In this document: positions 49,423 to 61,012 of the stretch, piece after piece
Numbering within the stretch: position 1 is the first letter of the stretch
Layout of the letters: each line of letters opens with the position of its first letter
Source: Vicugna vicugna
Taxonomy: Eukaryota
Direction of reading: 5' to 3'
NCBI GenBank assembly: GCA_013265495.1
Contig: MU058824.1
Span: forward strand, 4,429,111 to 4,493,110
DNA: 64,000 nt
Made by a program: the position numbers and the translations under genes
Notes under the pieces: model-generated
The model's input: the letters and a program-made list of their open reading frames with translations, nothing else
Databases searched by the model: none
Told to the model about the DNA's origin: nothing

Positions 49423-51724
49423 TTTTAAACATTTTTTATTGATTTATAATCATTTTACAATGTTGTGTCAAATTTCAGTGTTCAGCACAATTTTTCAGTC
49501 ATTCATGGACATATACACACTCATTGTCACATTTTTTTCTTTGTGATTTATCATAACCTTTTGTGTATATTTCCCTGTGCTATACAGTGTAATCTTGTTT
49601 ATCTATTCTACAATTTTGAAATCTCAGTCTATCCCTTCCCACCCTCTACCCACCCCGGGTAACCACAAGTCTGTATTCTCTGTCCGTGAGTCTATTTCTG
49701 TCCTGTATTTATGCTTTGTTTTTGTTTGTTTGTTTGTTTTTGTTTTTTAGATTCCACATATGAGCGATCTCATATGGTATTTTTCTTTCTCTTTCTGGCT
49801 TACTTCACTTAGAATGACATTCTCTAGGAGCATCCATGTTGCTGCAAATGGCATTATGTTGTCGGTTTTTATGGCTGAGTAGTATTCCATTGTATAAATA
49901 TACCACATCTTCTTTATCCAGTCACCTGTTGATGGACATTTAGGTTGTTTCCATGTTTTGGCTATTGTAAATAGTGCTGCTATGAACATTGGGGTGCAGG
50001 TGTCATCCTGAAGTAGGGTTCCTTCTGGATACAAGCCCAGGAGTGGGATTCCTGGGTCATATGGTAAGTCTATTCCTAGTCTTTTGAGGAATCTCCACAC
50101 TGTTTTCCATAGTGGCTGCACCAAACTGCATTCCCACCAGCAGTGTAGGAGGGTTCCCCTTTCTCCACAGCCTCTCCAGCATTTGTCATTTTTGGATTTT
50201 TGAATGACGGCCATTCTGACTGGTGTGAGGTGATACCTCATTGTAGTTTTGATTTGCATTTCTCTGATAATTAGTGATATTGAACATTTTTTCATGTGCT
50301 TTTTGATCATTTGTATGTCTTCCTTGGAGAATTGCTTGTTTAGGTCTTCTGCCCATTTTTGGATTGGGTTGTTTATTTTTTTCTTATTGAGTCGTATGAG
50401 CTGCTTATATATTTTGGAGATCAAGCCTTTGTCGGTTTCACTTGCAAAAATTTTCTCCCATTCCGTAGGTTTTCTTCTTGTTTTATTTCTGGTTTCCTTT
50501 GCTCTGCAGAAGCTTGTAAGTTTCATTAGGTCCCATTTGTTTATTCTTGCTTTTATTTCTTCTAGGAGAAAATTTTTGAAATGTATGTCAGATAATGTTT
50601 TGCCTATGTTTTCCTCTAGGAGGTTTATTGTATCTTGTCTTATGTTTAAGTCTTTAATCCATTTTGAGTTGATTTTTGTATATGGTGTAAGGGTGTGTTC
50701 TAGCTTCATTGTTTTACATGCTGCTGTCCAGTTTTCCCAACACCATTTGCTGAAGAGACTGTCTTTATTCCATTGTATATTCTTGCCTCCTTTGTCGAAG
50801 ATGAGTTGACCAAAAGTTTGTGGGTTCATTTCTGGGCTCTCTATTCTGTTCCATTGGTCTATATGTCTGTTTTGGTACCAATACCATGCTGTCTTGATGA
50901 CTGTAGCTCTATAGTATTGTCTGAAGTCTGGGAGAGTTATTCCTCCAGCCTCTTTCTTTCTCTTCAGTAATGCTTTAGCAATTCTAGGTCTTTGATGGTT
51001 CCATATAAATTTTATTATGATTTGTTCTAGTTCTGTGAAATATGTCCTGGGTAATTGGATAGGGATTGCATTAAATCTGTAGATTGCCTTGGGCAGTGTG
51101 ACCATTTTAACAATATTGATTCTTCCAATCCAAGAGCATGGAATATCTTTCCATTTTTTAAAGTCTTCTTTAATTTCCTTCATCAATGGTTTATAGTTTT
51201 CTGTGTATAATTCTTTCACCTCCTTGGTTAGATTTATTCCCAGATATTTTATTACTTTGGGTGCTATTTTAAAGGGGATTGTTTCTTTACTTTCTTTTTC
51301 TGTTGATTTATCGTTAGTGTAAAGAAAGGCAACTGATTTTTGAACATTAATTTTGTAACCTGCTACCTTGCTGAATTCTTCGATCAGCTCTAGTAGCTTT
51401 TTTGTGGACCTTTTAGGGTTTTCTATATATAGTAACATGTCGTCAGCATATAATGACACTTTTACCTCTTCTTTTCCAATTTGGATCCCTTTTATTTCTT
51501 TCTCTTGCCTGATTGCTGTGGCTAGGACTTCCAGGACTATATTGAATAGGAGTGGTGATAGTGGGCATCCTTGTCTTGTCCCAGATTTTAGTGGGAAGCT
51601 TTTGAGTTTTTCACCGTTGAGAACTATGCTGGCTATAGGTTTGTCATATATAGCTTTTATTATGTTGAGATATGTTCCCTTTATACCCACTTTGGCGAGA
51701 GTTTTTATCATAAATGGGTGTTGA
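49423..51724 (-). mobile_element. Young 5'-truncated LINE-1 with an open ORF2 C-terminal part (49747..51711, 654 aa), 3' UTR and tail
   Basis: ORF has the RT motifs [10 protein letters not shown] and YADD and the C-terminal Cys-rich region. 12-bp TSD ACAGAACTTTTT at 49411-49422 and 51726-51737, followed by AA (TTTT/AA endonuclease site). Confidence 0.97.
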
Positions 51725-53429
51725 CACAGAACTTTTTAAAACACATGAGCACACACACACGCTCATGGGTGCACAGGCAGATTGCTGGACCCCACTCCCA
51801 GAGACTGATTTAGTAGGTCCAGGGAGGGGCCTAGGAATCTGCATCATTAACAGGCTCCCAGGCGATAGTGACACTGCCCTCTGTCGGTCACATTAAGTAG
51901 CACAGGGCTAGACTTCTTAACTAACACTGTGTGGCATCTCAGGGCATTAAGATTTGAGGTACTGATTCTCCTCATTGTCTAGGGGAGACTCAGACAGACT
52001 AGCCAAGGGGATACTGGGTTTTAATTGGCCAAGATGAAGCTTTGTGTGACAGAAATCTCCTTTCTGCAAATGTGAGTGTATGTGTGTAATATGAGTTTGC
52101 CAAAGATAAATGGACCAAAGGGACGATCTGAACCCCAGCCACCCCAGCATTTCCTGGGGAGGCATCTATTTATTGTGGCTTTCTGAGGACAAATGTGCAC
52201 GCGACACCTCTCAGAATTCATGAGGTCAGCAACCAGATTCCTGCTCAAAACACTGATATTCTGTCAGGCCCGACTGTGCCACTGTCCCCTGTGAACCTCA
52301 CAACACTCCCTAACTCCTGAGGAAATCCAAGTGTGAAGGAGGGAAAGGTCCTGGCATTTAGAGGACAGAGGTCAAAGATACCAGATATCATGAATATGAG
52401 TCACTAGAGTTTAACGAAGGAAGGTCCCTCCACCTGCTCACATCCAAGTACCCCTCATACCTAGCTCATGGGGTTTGGGGGGAGCATTGGATAAGATTTA
52501 GAAAACAGTTCTAAATAAGTGGCAACCCTGATTCATATTAATATCTCATCATTATCTCAAATACAACAAATCCAACTGGCCATAAACTCCTCAATCACAG
52601 AAACTATTTCTTAGTCTTATCTTTATTTCCAGTAACCAGCCTGGAGCTGAGCACGAAGACGTACAGAAACCATGCACTGAAATGTCAGAGACGACCTTGC
52701 AGCCCCCTCCCCACACCAGCCCAGACAGGCTTTCTTCCTCACTTCCTCCAGGTCTTTCTTCCAGGTCTCAAGATCTGAGATTTCAGCCATTAGTAATTCT
52801 CCTCTCCCCTGCATCTCCCAACCCAGGTCTCTCTCATATCCTATAATTTCTTCCTCCTAAATGTCTCCCAGGGCCACTTGCTCCTCATCCCCATTATTTT
52901 CATCCTGGGCTAGTTCTGCACACTCCTCCTATGCCCAGCTTCCCAGACAGCTCTGTGACACACTCAGTTATGCCTTAGTCTCTGGAAAGTCCCACTCTGC
53001 TGGATGTTCTCCAAAGACCGAGACCCATTTCTGGTCATCATGGACCCCCCTCCAACCCCTACTCTTTGGTACCGGGCACAAGGTCTGACACACATGACAT
53101 GTTTGCAGCATGGAAACTGTTCAGAGTGGAGGGCAGGCTGGTGGCAGAGAGAGAGAGAGAAAGAGAGACAGACAGCATCCTGGGTCACCCAGTAGAGGGG
53201 AGGAGATACCTGGGTGGCCAGGAATCTGGTCCGAAGTTCCCAGTAATATCTGAATCACTGAGGCCCAAGTCTTTCTCCTTTCTAGGCTCTTTGGGGGCCA
53301 ATGACAGAGCCACCTTGGACCAACTGTTGCAGTTAAAGCCCAGGAGAACTCTGATTACTTGGCCAGAGAATGTTCTAAGCTAAGATATTCCTGTACTGAG
53401 AGGGGCACTTTGGGTAGACAACACAACAT

Positions 53430-53545
53430 GCCTAATTGGGTCTATGAGGTGAAGTTTAAATTCTGAGCCTCTTACCGAAGTTTAAATTGCTTCTGGGATA
53501 GGGTCTGGTCCCAAAGCAACCCAGCCCTAAAATTCCTGAGAGACT
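53430..53545 (+). promoter_or_regulatory. Putative OR promoter cassette C for the gene at 57882-58838
   Basis: CCTAATTGGGTCTATGAGG...CCGAAGTTTAAATTGCTTCTGGGA; homologous to cassettes B and D. Confidence 0.65.
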
Positions 53546-54774
53546 GATTGTGGGACCCCCCTGGAGAGCAGGGTAGAACACAGAGAAGAGGGTCCTGGGC
53601 CCAGGGGCTGGGCACGGCTTTCCAGCCTGCCCTGCGGTGCAGCCTCCTCCTCCTCCGGGCTGGGGCACCTGGTTGAGCCTCAGCCTTGAGGGTCAGCCTT
53701 CATCTCCCTGTCTCACTGAGCCCCAGGGGCAGGCAAGGGCACTGTGGGTAACTGTAGCTTCCGTGAGCTGCAAGCTGTGTGTGGCTGCACTTGGGAGCCC
53801 TCTACACCCAGGGCCATTAAGATATACCAGGAAGTTAGACAACAGGTGAAGGGCACATGGCTGTGTTAAGAGCGTGCACCTAGGCATTGCCAGAGCAGCT
53901 CTGAGGGATATGGCCTGTGTGGCCAGCCTGCTTGGTTATGGCTCAGTAGCAGCCAGATGGGCAGGTGACACCAGAAACAGCCACTTCTGGCCTGCCTCCT
54001 CGCAAGCAACAGACTGAGCCTAGATGGGAACCCATACTGGCTAAGTGCTGGATGAGCTCTCTGGCTGGTTCTTCACCAGTGGGAGGAAAGAAGAGTCTCA
54101 TGCAAAGAGGGCTGAGCAGACTGGGGGCTGGGAGGACAGGGCTGGGGGACAAGGCAACTATTTCTAAAGCTCCAAAGGCTGCTGCTGTGGCAATGGTGTG
54201 GGTCTGTTTTGCATGAGTCCAGGAGGCTGACTTCGGACCAGTGGAGGAAGGCAGAAGTTAGAAAAGGGCACATAGCAGGTCCGTGGAGAAGTCTAATAGC
54301 CCAGGCTTCCTGACAACAACATTGGAGGCTGTAAGCCCCCTCTCACCATTGTTCAAAATGTTCAAAAAGAGCCCGAGAAATCAATTCCTGAAGATGGGAC
54401 AGCTGTAACAGGTGGGTCAGAGGAGGGGACTGGATTGGTTTAATATCTGAAGATTCTGCCAAACTTCAAATTCTGCACTCCCTGAGACTAAAGGAGCCTT
54501 TCTGTAAAAAATGATTCTGCATCCCTTAATTCCTGATACCCTGAGATAACCTCTTTCGGACATTGTATCACTACCAGTTAGAGAAAAGCACCCTTCTTCA
54601 GTCATGTGAAATTCACCAACCTCCTTCCTGACCTCAGTTTCCTCACGTTATAAGAGGTCAGTGATTCCCAACACTGGTGTACATCACAAGTACATGGGGA
54701 ACATTTACTTAAAACAGAAAACCAAAAAACTGATCTCCAAGACCAACTACAAAGGTAGGACCCAGCAAACTGGT

Positions 54775-56776
54775 TTGTTTTTTCACTTTCTTACATTGTA
54801 TTTTCAATTTTTTTGGTTTGCAATTTCTTCTTTCATTTTTTTATTGAGCTAGAGTTGATTTACTATATTGTGTTAGTTTCAGGTGTACGGTGAAGTGATT
54901 CAGTTTTTTAATATATCTATATCTATTCTTTTTCAGATTCTTTTCCATTATAGGCTATTACAAGATATTGAATATAGTTTCTTGTGCTATACAGCAGATC
55001 CTTGTTGTTTACCTATTTTATATATAGTAGTGTGTATCTGTTAATCCCATGCTCCTAATTTATCCCCCACCTCTCCCTTTCCCCTTTGGTGACCATAAGT
55101 TTGTTTTCTATGTCTGTGATTCTGTTTCTAGAAGTTCATTTGTATTCTTTTTTAGATTCCACATATAAGTGGTAACATACAGTATTTGTCTTTCTCTGTG
55201 TGGCTTACTTCACTTAGTATGATAATCTCTAGGTCCATCCATGTTGCTGCAAATGGCATTATTTCATTCTTTTTTATGGATGAGTGATATTCCATTGTAT
55301 CTGTATATACTACCACACTTCTTTATCCAGTCATCTGTTGATGGACACTTATGTTGCTTCCATGTCTTGACTATTGTAAATATTGCTGCTATGAACATTG
55401 GGGTGCATATATCTTTTCCAATTAGAGTTTTCAACTTTTCTGGATATATGTCCAGGAGTGAGATTGCTGGATCATACAATAACTCTATTTTTAGTTTTTT
55501 AAGGAACCTCCATACTGTTTTCCATTGTGGTTGCAGCAGTTTGGATTCTCATCTTCAGTGTAGGAGGGCTCCCTTTTCTCCGTGCCATCTCCAGCATTTG
55601 TTATTTGTAGATTTTTTGATGACAGTCATTCTGACCAGTGTGATGTGATACTTAATTGTAGTTTTGACTTGTATTACTCTAACATTTAGAATGTTCAGCA
55701 TCTTTTTCATGTGCCTGTTGGCCATCTGTATGTCTTCTTTGGAGAAATGTCTATTTAAGTCTTCTGCCCTTCTTAAAATTGGGTTGTGTGTTTTTCTGAT
55801 ACTCAGTTGTATGAGCTGTTTGTATATTTTGGAAATTAAGCCCTTGTCAGTTGCATCATTAGCAGATATTTTCTCCCTTTACATAGGTTGTCTTTTTGTT
55901 TTGTTTATGATTTCCTTTGCTGTGCAAAAGCTTATAAGGTTGATTAGGTCCCATTTGTTTATCTTTGCTTTTACTTCTTTTGCCTTGGGAGACTGATCTA
56001 AGAAAATATTGCTATGATTTATGTTAAAGAATGTTTTGCCTATGTTCCCTTCTAGGAGTTTTATGGTGTCATGTCATATTTAAGCCTTTAATCCATTCAG
56101 GTTTATTTCTGTGTACGGTGTGAGAGAGTGTTCTAATTTTGTGGATTTACATGTAGCTGTCCAGCTTTCCCAATACCACTTGCTGATGAGACTGTCTTTT
56201 CTTCATTGTATACTCTTGCCTCCTTTGTCTAAGATTAATTGACTGTAGATGTTTGGGTTTATTTCTGGGCTCTCTTTCTGTTCCATTGTTTTATATGTCT
56301 GTTTTTGTGCCAGTACTATGCTGTTTTGATTACTGTAGTTTTGTAGTATTGTCTAAAGTCTTGGAGAGTTATACCTCCAGCTTTGTTCTTTTTCCTTAGT
56401 ATTGCTTTGTCAATTCTGTGTCTTTTGTGGTTCCATATAAATTTTAGGATTATTTGTTCTAGTTCTGTGAAAAATGTCATGGGTAATTTGATAGGGATTG
56501 CACTTAATCTGTAGATTGCTTTCAGTAGTATGGCCACTTTATTAACAATATTAATTTTTCAATTCAAGAGCATGGGGTATCTATTTCCTTGAATCATCTT
56601 CGATTTCCTTTATTGGTGTTTCATACTTCTCACATATCTTTCACCTCCTTGGTTAGGTGTATTCCTACATATTTTTTGATGCAATTTTAAATGGGACTTT
56701 TTTTTACTTTCATTTTCTGATATTTCATTGTTAGTATAAAGAAATGCAACAGATTCCTGTATATTACTCTTGTATG
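54775..56776 (-). mobile_element. Older 5'-truncated LINE-1 (3' ORF2 + 3' UTR) in the presumed 5' UTR intron of the 57882 OR gene
   Basis: Interrupted ORF2 fragments (56316..56537, 55264..55479), L1 3' UTR and a T-rich tail on the left. Confidence 0.92.
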
Positions 56777-57881
56777 CCAGCAACTTGTATTTTTAACCAG
56801 CTCTCAGGTAGGTATTAGACAGGCAGTTCCACTGCTGTTTTGGGCAGTCCATGGTGACATCTGGTTCTTAATCTCTTTGGCAGTGAAATTGTGATGATCT
56901 ACAGTGTGGCTTTGAATATCCTGGGAGGCTGAGTAGAGTTACATGTGATGATGTCTGCAAAGCATCTAAATGGTACTGGATGGCTTGCGACCCAAGGCCC
57001 CACTCAACCCAGCCTGGGAATGTGAATTATGAGTGGGCTCTGACTATCAGGTAAGATTTTATTCCTTGGGCCAAGCAGCAGAGCTGTAGACAGGTCAGGT
57101 ATGATTACAGGGGGCAACACAAGGCCCACTCTGCAGATCAGATTTCTGGAAACTTTAGTGGATACTCCATGTTCCAGGCTACAGAAATTCAATTTGGTCA
57201 GATAATTCAAAGAAGAAGGTCAAGATCAGATGAACTGATTCACACTAGCTACACTCACAAAACACTGAAGTATAAACTTCATGTTTATACAAATATATAC
57301 AGTATATACAGATACTGTATAAGAAATAGAGCTGTTTAAGAGATTTAAAAAACTTTGTTTTCAAGCCAGCACATCTCTCCCTGTAAGACTATCTGGGAAG
57401 TTGAATTATAATAGAAACTTGCTATGTAAAGAGGAATAAGATCCAGAAGAATGAGCCATGTGACCTTAATGACCAGGGTCACTGAGCTGTGATAGCCTGA
57501 GGTCCCAAATTATATGAGAAAGACAGTTATTCAGAAGCCCCTGCTTCCCTGATGAGTGCTGGAGATACACAACATATGTAGATATAGGAATTTGTTTTAG
57601 GTATATTAATATCATTGAGTAGACAGAAATGTCCTTCATTTTATTACGTTTCATTAGATTTTCAGGGTCTGCCCTTCAAGTTTTTGACTGATACACAGCT
57701 TGGCTTTTGATAACTTGATTTTAAAATTGAATCCCATAGGGTAAGTTTAAATTTAGCAACATCATATGTACTGTGATTCCCATGTATTGATCTAAGCAAG
57801 CCATCAAAAAATCAAATTTTTTTTTTAATCAAACGTATTTTCTGCCTTCAGGATTCCCAGACATGAGAGAGAGAGCTTGAA

Positions 57882-58838
57882 ATGGAAGCATCCAACCAGT
57901 CTGCTGTGACAGAATTTGTCTTGCTTGGCCTCTCAGACCACCCAAGGCTGGAGAAAATGTTCTTTGTGCTCATCCTGCTGATGTACCTGCTGATCCTGCT
58001 GGGCAACGGGGTCCTCGTCCTGGTGACCGTGTCTGACTCCCACCTGCACACGCCCATGTACTTCTTCCTGGGGAACCTCTCCTTCCTCGACATCTGCTAT
58101 ACAACCTCCTCGGTCCCTCTGGTCCTGGATGGCTTCCTCACTCCCAGGAAAACCATCTCCTTCTCAGGCTGTGCTGTGCAGATGTTCCTCTCCTTTGCCA
58201 TGGGAGCCACGGAGTGTGTGCTTCTGGGGATGATGGCGTTTGACTGCTACGTGGCCATCTGCAACCCCCTGAGGTACCCCGTGGTCATGAGCAAGGCTGC
58301 CTACATGCCCATGGCTGCCGGCTCCTGGCTGGCGGGTGGAGTCAACTCCTTGGTACAGATCTCTCTTGCAGTACAGTTACCCTTCTGTGGGGACAACATC
58401 ATCAACCATTTTATCTGTGAGATCCTAGCTGTCCTGAAGTTGGCCTGTGCTGACATCTCCACCAATGCGATCAGCATGGGGGTGGCCAATGTGATCTTTC
58501 TGGGGATCCCTGTGCTATTCATCTTTGTCTCCTACATCTTCATCCTCACCACCATCCTGAGGATCCCCTCAGCTGAGGGGAGGAAAAAGGCCTTCTCCAC
58601 CTGCTCTGCTCACCTCACTGTGGTGGTCATTTTCTATGGGACCATCCTCTTCATGTATGGGAAGCCCAAATCCAAAGATCCCTTAGGGGCAGACAAACAG
58701 GATGTTTTAGACAAACTTATCTCCCTCTTCTATGGACTTCTGACCCCCATGCTCAATCCTATCATCTATAGTCTGAGAAACAAGGATGTTAAGGCTGCTG
58801 TGAGGAAACTGGTGGTTCAGAAACGCCTCACCCAGTGA
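57882..58838 (+). CDS. Olfactory receptor, OR2S2/OR13C7-like, 318 aa, full ORF but with DRY->DCY
   Basis: All OR motifs present except R3.50 (TGC at 58245-58247). Acceptor ...ttctgccttcag| ~30 nt upstream; AATAAA at 58899-58904. Confidence 0.95.
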   Translation: MEASNQSAVTEFVLLGLSDHPRLEKMFFVLILLMYLLILLGNGVLVLVTVSDSHLHTPMYFFLGNLSFLDICYTTSSVPLVLDGFLTPRKTISFSGCAVQMFLSFAMGATECVLLGMMAFDCYVAICNPLRYPVVMSKAAYMPMAAGSWLAGGVNSLVQISLAVQLPFCGDNIINHFICEILAVLKLACADISTNAISMGVANVIFLGIPVLFIFVSYIFILTTILRIPSAEGRKKAFSTCSAHLTVVVIFYGTILFMYGKPKSKDPLGADKQDVLDKLISLFYGLLTPMLNPIIYSLRNKDVKAAVRKLVVQKRLTQ

Positions 58839-58937
58839 TGGTGGGATATGTTCCATGATATGATCCACACACCCTGATGACCCTCACTTGAGAATCTCAA
58901 TAAAAAGTAATGCCAGGTGAAGGGGAAATTGAGTTTA

Positions 58938-59108
58938 GAGCCATGCTACTCACAGTGTGGTCCATAGACCAGCAGTATCAGCATCACCTGGGAGCTTTTT
59001 GGGCATGTAGACTCCTGGGGCCCACTACAGACCTACTGAGTTAGAATCTACATTTTAACAAGACCCTCAGGTGATTCATATGCATGTTACACATTGAGAA
59101 ATACTGGT
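58938..59108. mobile_element. MER5-family hAT element
   Basis: AGTGTGGTCCATAGACCAGCAGTATCAGCATCACCTGGGAGC...CATTTTAACAAGACCCTCAGGTGATTC. Confidence 0.72.
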
Positions 59109-60902
59109 TAAGAGTGAGTAGTGGATGCAGTGGTGTTCTGTCCAAACCCACCTCCATCCACCTAGGGCTGAAGCCTCTCATAATGCCAGCTGCTGGGAAT
59201 GTTGGTGGCTGACAGCACTCAGTTGAGTCCCTCTGCTGGCTTGCCCTTGGCCCAAGAGAGTTACCTCACCAAAAGTCACATTCCTTTCTCAGAGGCACTG
59301 CATATCCAACATCCAATGATGAGTCAATGTCAATATAAAGTCCTGGTCCTCCTTGCTTCCAATGGGGATGACTTGGAAGAGCCATTCTAGCTTGAGAGCT
59401 TCCTCATGATAGTCTGAGTTCTCCCTCTGCCCAGTCCTGCTTCCTTCACCCCTACTCCACAGGTGTTGATCTTAAGAGCACTCCCCCATCAACGTCCTGC
59501 ATGAAAATCTCCCCACCGGAGTCAACTTCCAGGGAAACCCTGGGACAGAGAGTAATGGCCAGTCTCAGCATTGATGCATGAACCCGGTGTGTGCTCTCAG
59601 AGTGTGTCCTTCTCAGGTGTTTCTTGAACCCTGACTCCCAAAAAAAGGATCTCTGCAAATTCCTTTTGTTCAGACAAAGAAAAAAATCAACCCCTAAAAA
59701 TGACTTGCTAAAATAAATCCCTTTACTTCTCACTTCCATATATGGATCTTCATTTGTATTTACAGGGCTTCTTTTCCTCAGCCTTTATGAAAATGACAAA
59801 AGCACCAGGGGAGGGGGCTGAACCCACAATCTATGAGAACTCCGTGCAATTCACCTGCGGTAATGTGGACCATGGCGCCTGCATGGATGACAAGTGTACA
59901 CAGAGAACTCTAACAACTTCCATTTTCTTCCTCCCAAGGAAGAATTAGTACCCAGGGTCTTTTTATTAGCAAGTCATCCTATTTCTCTTGAAGACCAGGC
60001 TTTATCAGTTGCTTCTGATACAGATTAGGCTTCAATCCAGAGCTCCTCACCCTCTCTCAGCCTTCCCCCGATCTACTTCTAAGAGAAACTCCCCATCCTC
60101 AGGCCCTGCTGAGTGCCTGTAGCCATGTTCCACCCTACCTGACTCTCACCTCCCTGGCCCCAGCTGAGATTACTTCAAAGATTCTCTGTTCCTCACCACC
60201 AAAGATCTCCAACTAACCAGATGCTAGCTACCTGTCTGGCCTGTGACTCTAGAGCTGCCTCTGTCTAAGGCATGACCCTGCAGCTCTCTTACCAACCCCA
60301 GAGCTCTCTTCTGCCCTCAGGCCCTCTGCTTCAAGCTGTCATCTTTGTTCTGTGCGTCTGTTAGAGTTACTTCCCAGTTGGGATCCAATCTGCTCCACCC
60401 TCCCTCCTCTGACTCTGCCCAGCTTCTGGGCTCCCGTACACCTCAGGGGCATTTGGCAATCACCTTGCCGACTGCAGCTGTCACCAGAATCTACCTAGAG
60501 ATCAGAGGCCCCATCCTTGTCATTTCTGCTCTCTTTCAAGTGCTCAGCACTGGCCCTTGGTACATGTCTCTTGCTTCCTGTTTTTGAGGGCAAGGGCCAT
60601 ACCTGGTCAGCTCTGGATGATGCTGAGGGGCTGACTGCAGGGAGGGCCTGCTGCTCTGGAGCATGGAGACGGCCAGTGTGTCGGTCAGGGCCAAGGCAAG
60701 CCTTCCACCTCTTGTTTTACCACTTAGCCTTGGAAAGACAAGTGCAGAGCCCCCTCTCACAGACACCACTGTGGTCAAAGCAGTCAGACATCAGTTACCT
60801 CCTCTACTCCCAGGAAAGTCGGCAAGGACAGGACAGAAACTTCCTAATCTAAGGAACATTTCTTGGTGGCGAGTTAAGATTTACATGGAGCTGTCTAAAT
60901 TT

Positions 60903-61012
60903 ACCTAATTGGGTTTATGGGACACAGGCCCTAAACTCCTGAGAGGCCTCCACCAAACTTTAAATTGCTTCTGGGATTAAAACCGGCCCCCAAACAAGCA
61001 GAGCTCTAAATT
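60903..61012 (+). promoter_or_regulatory. Putative OR promoter cassette D for the locus at 63353
   Basis: CCTAATTGGGTTTATGGGA...CCAAACTTTAAATTGCTTCTGGGA; homologous to cassettes B and C. Confidence 0.65.

Noticed and set aside
49747..51711. 654-aa reverse transcriptase ORF as a host gene or novel RT system
   Set aside because: Ordinary 5'-truncated L1 ORF2 lacking promoter, ORF1 and endonuclease, and flanked by a TSD.
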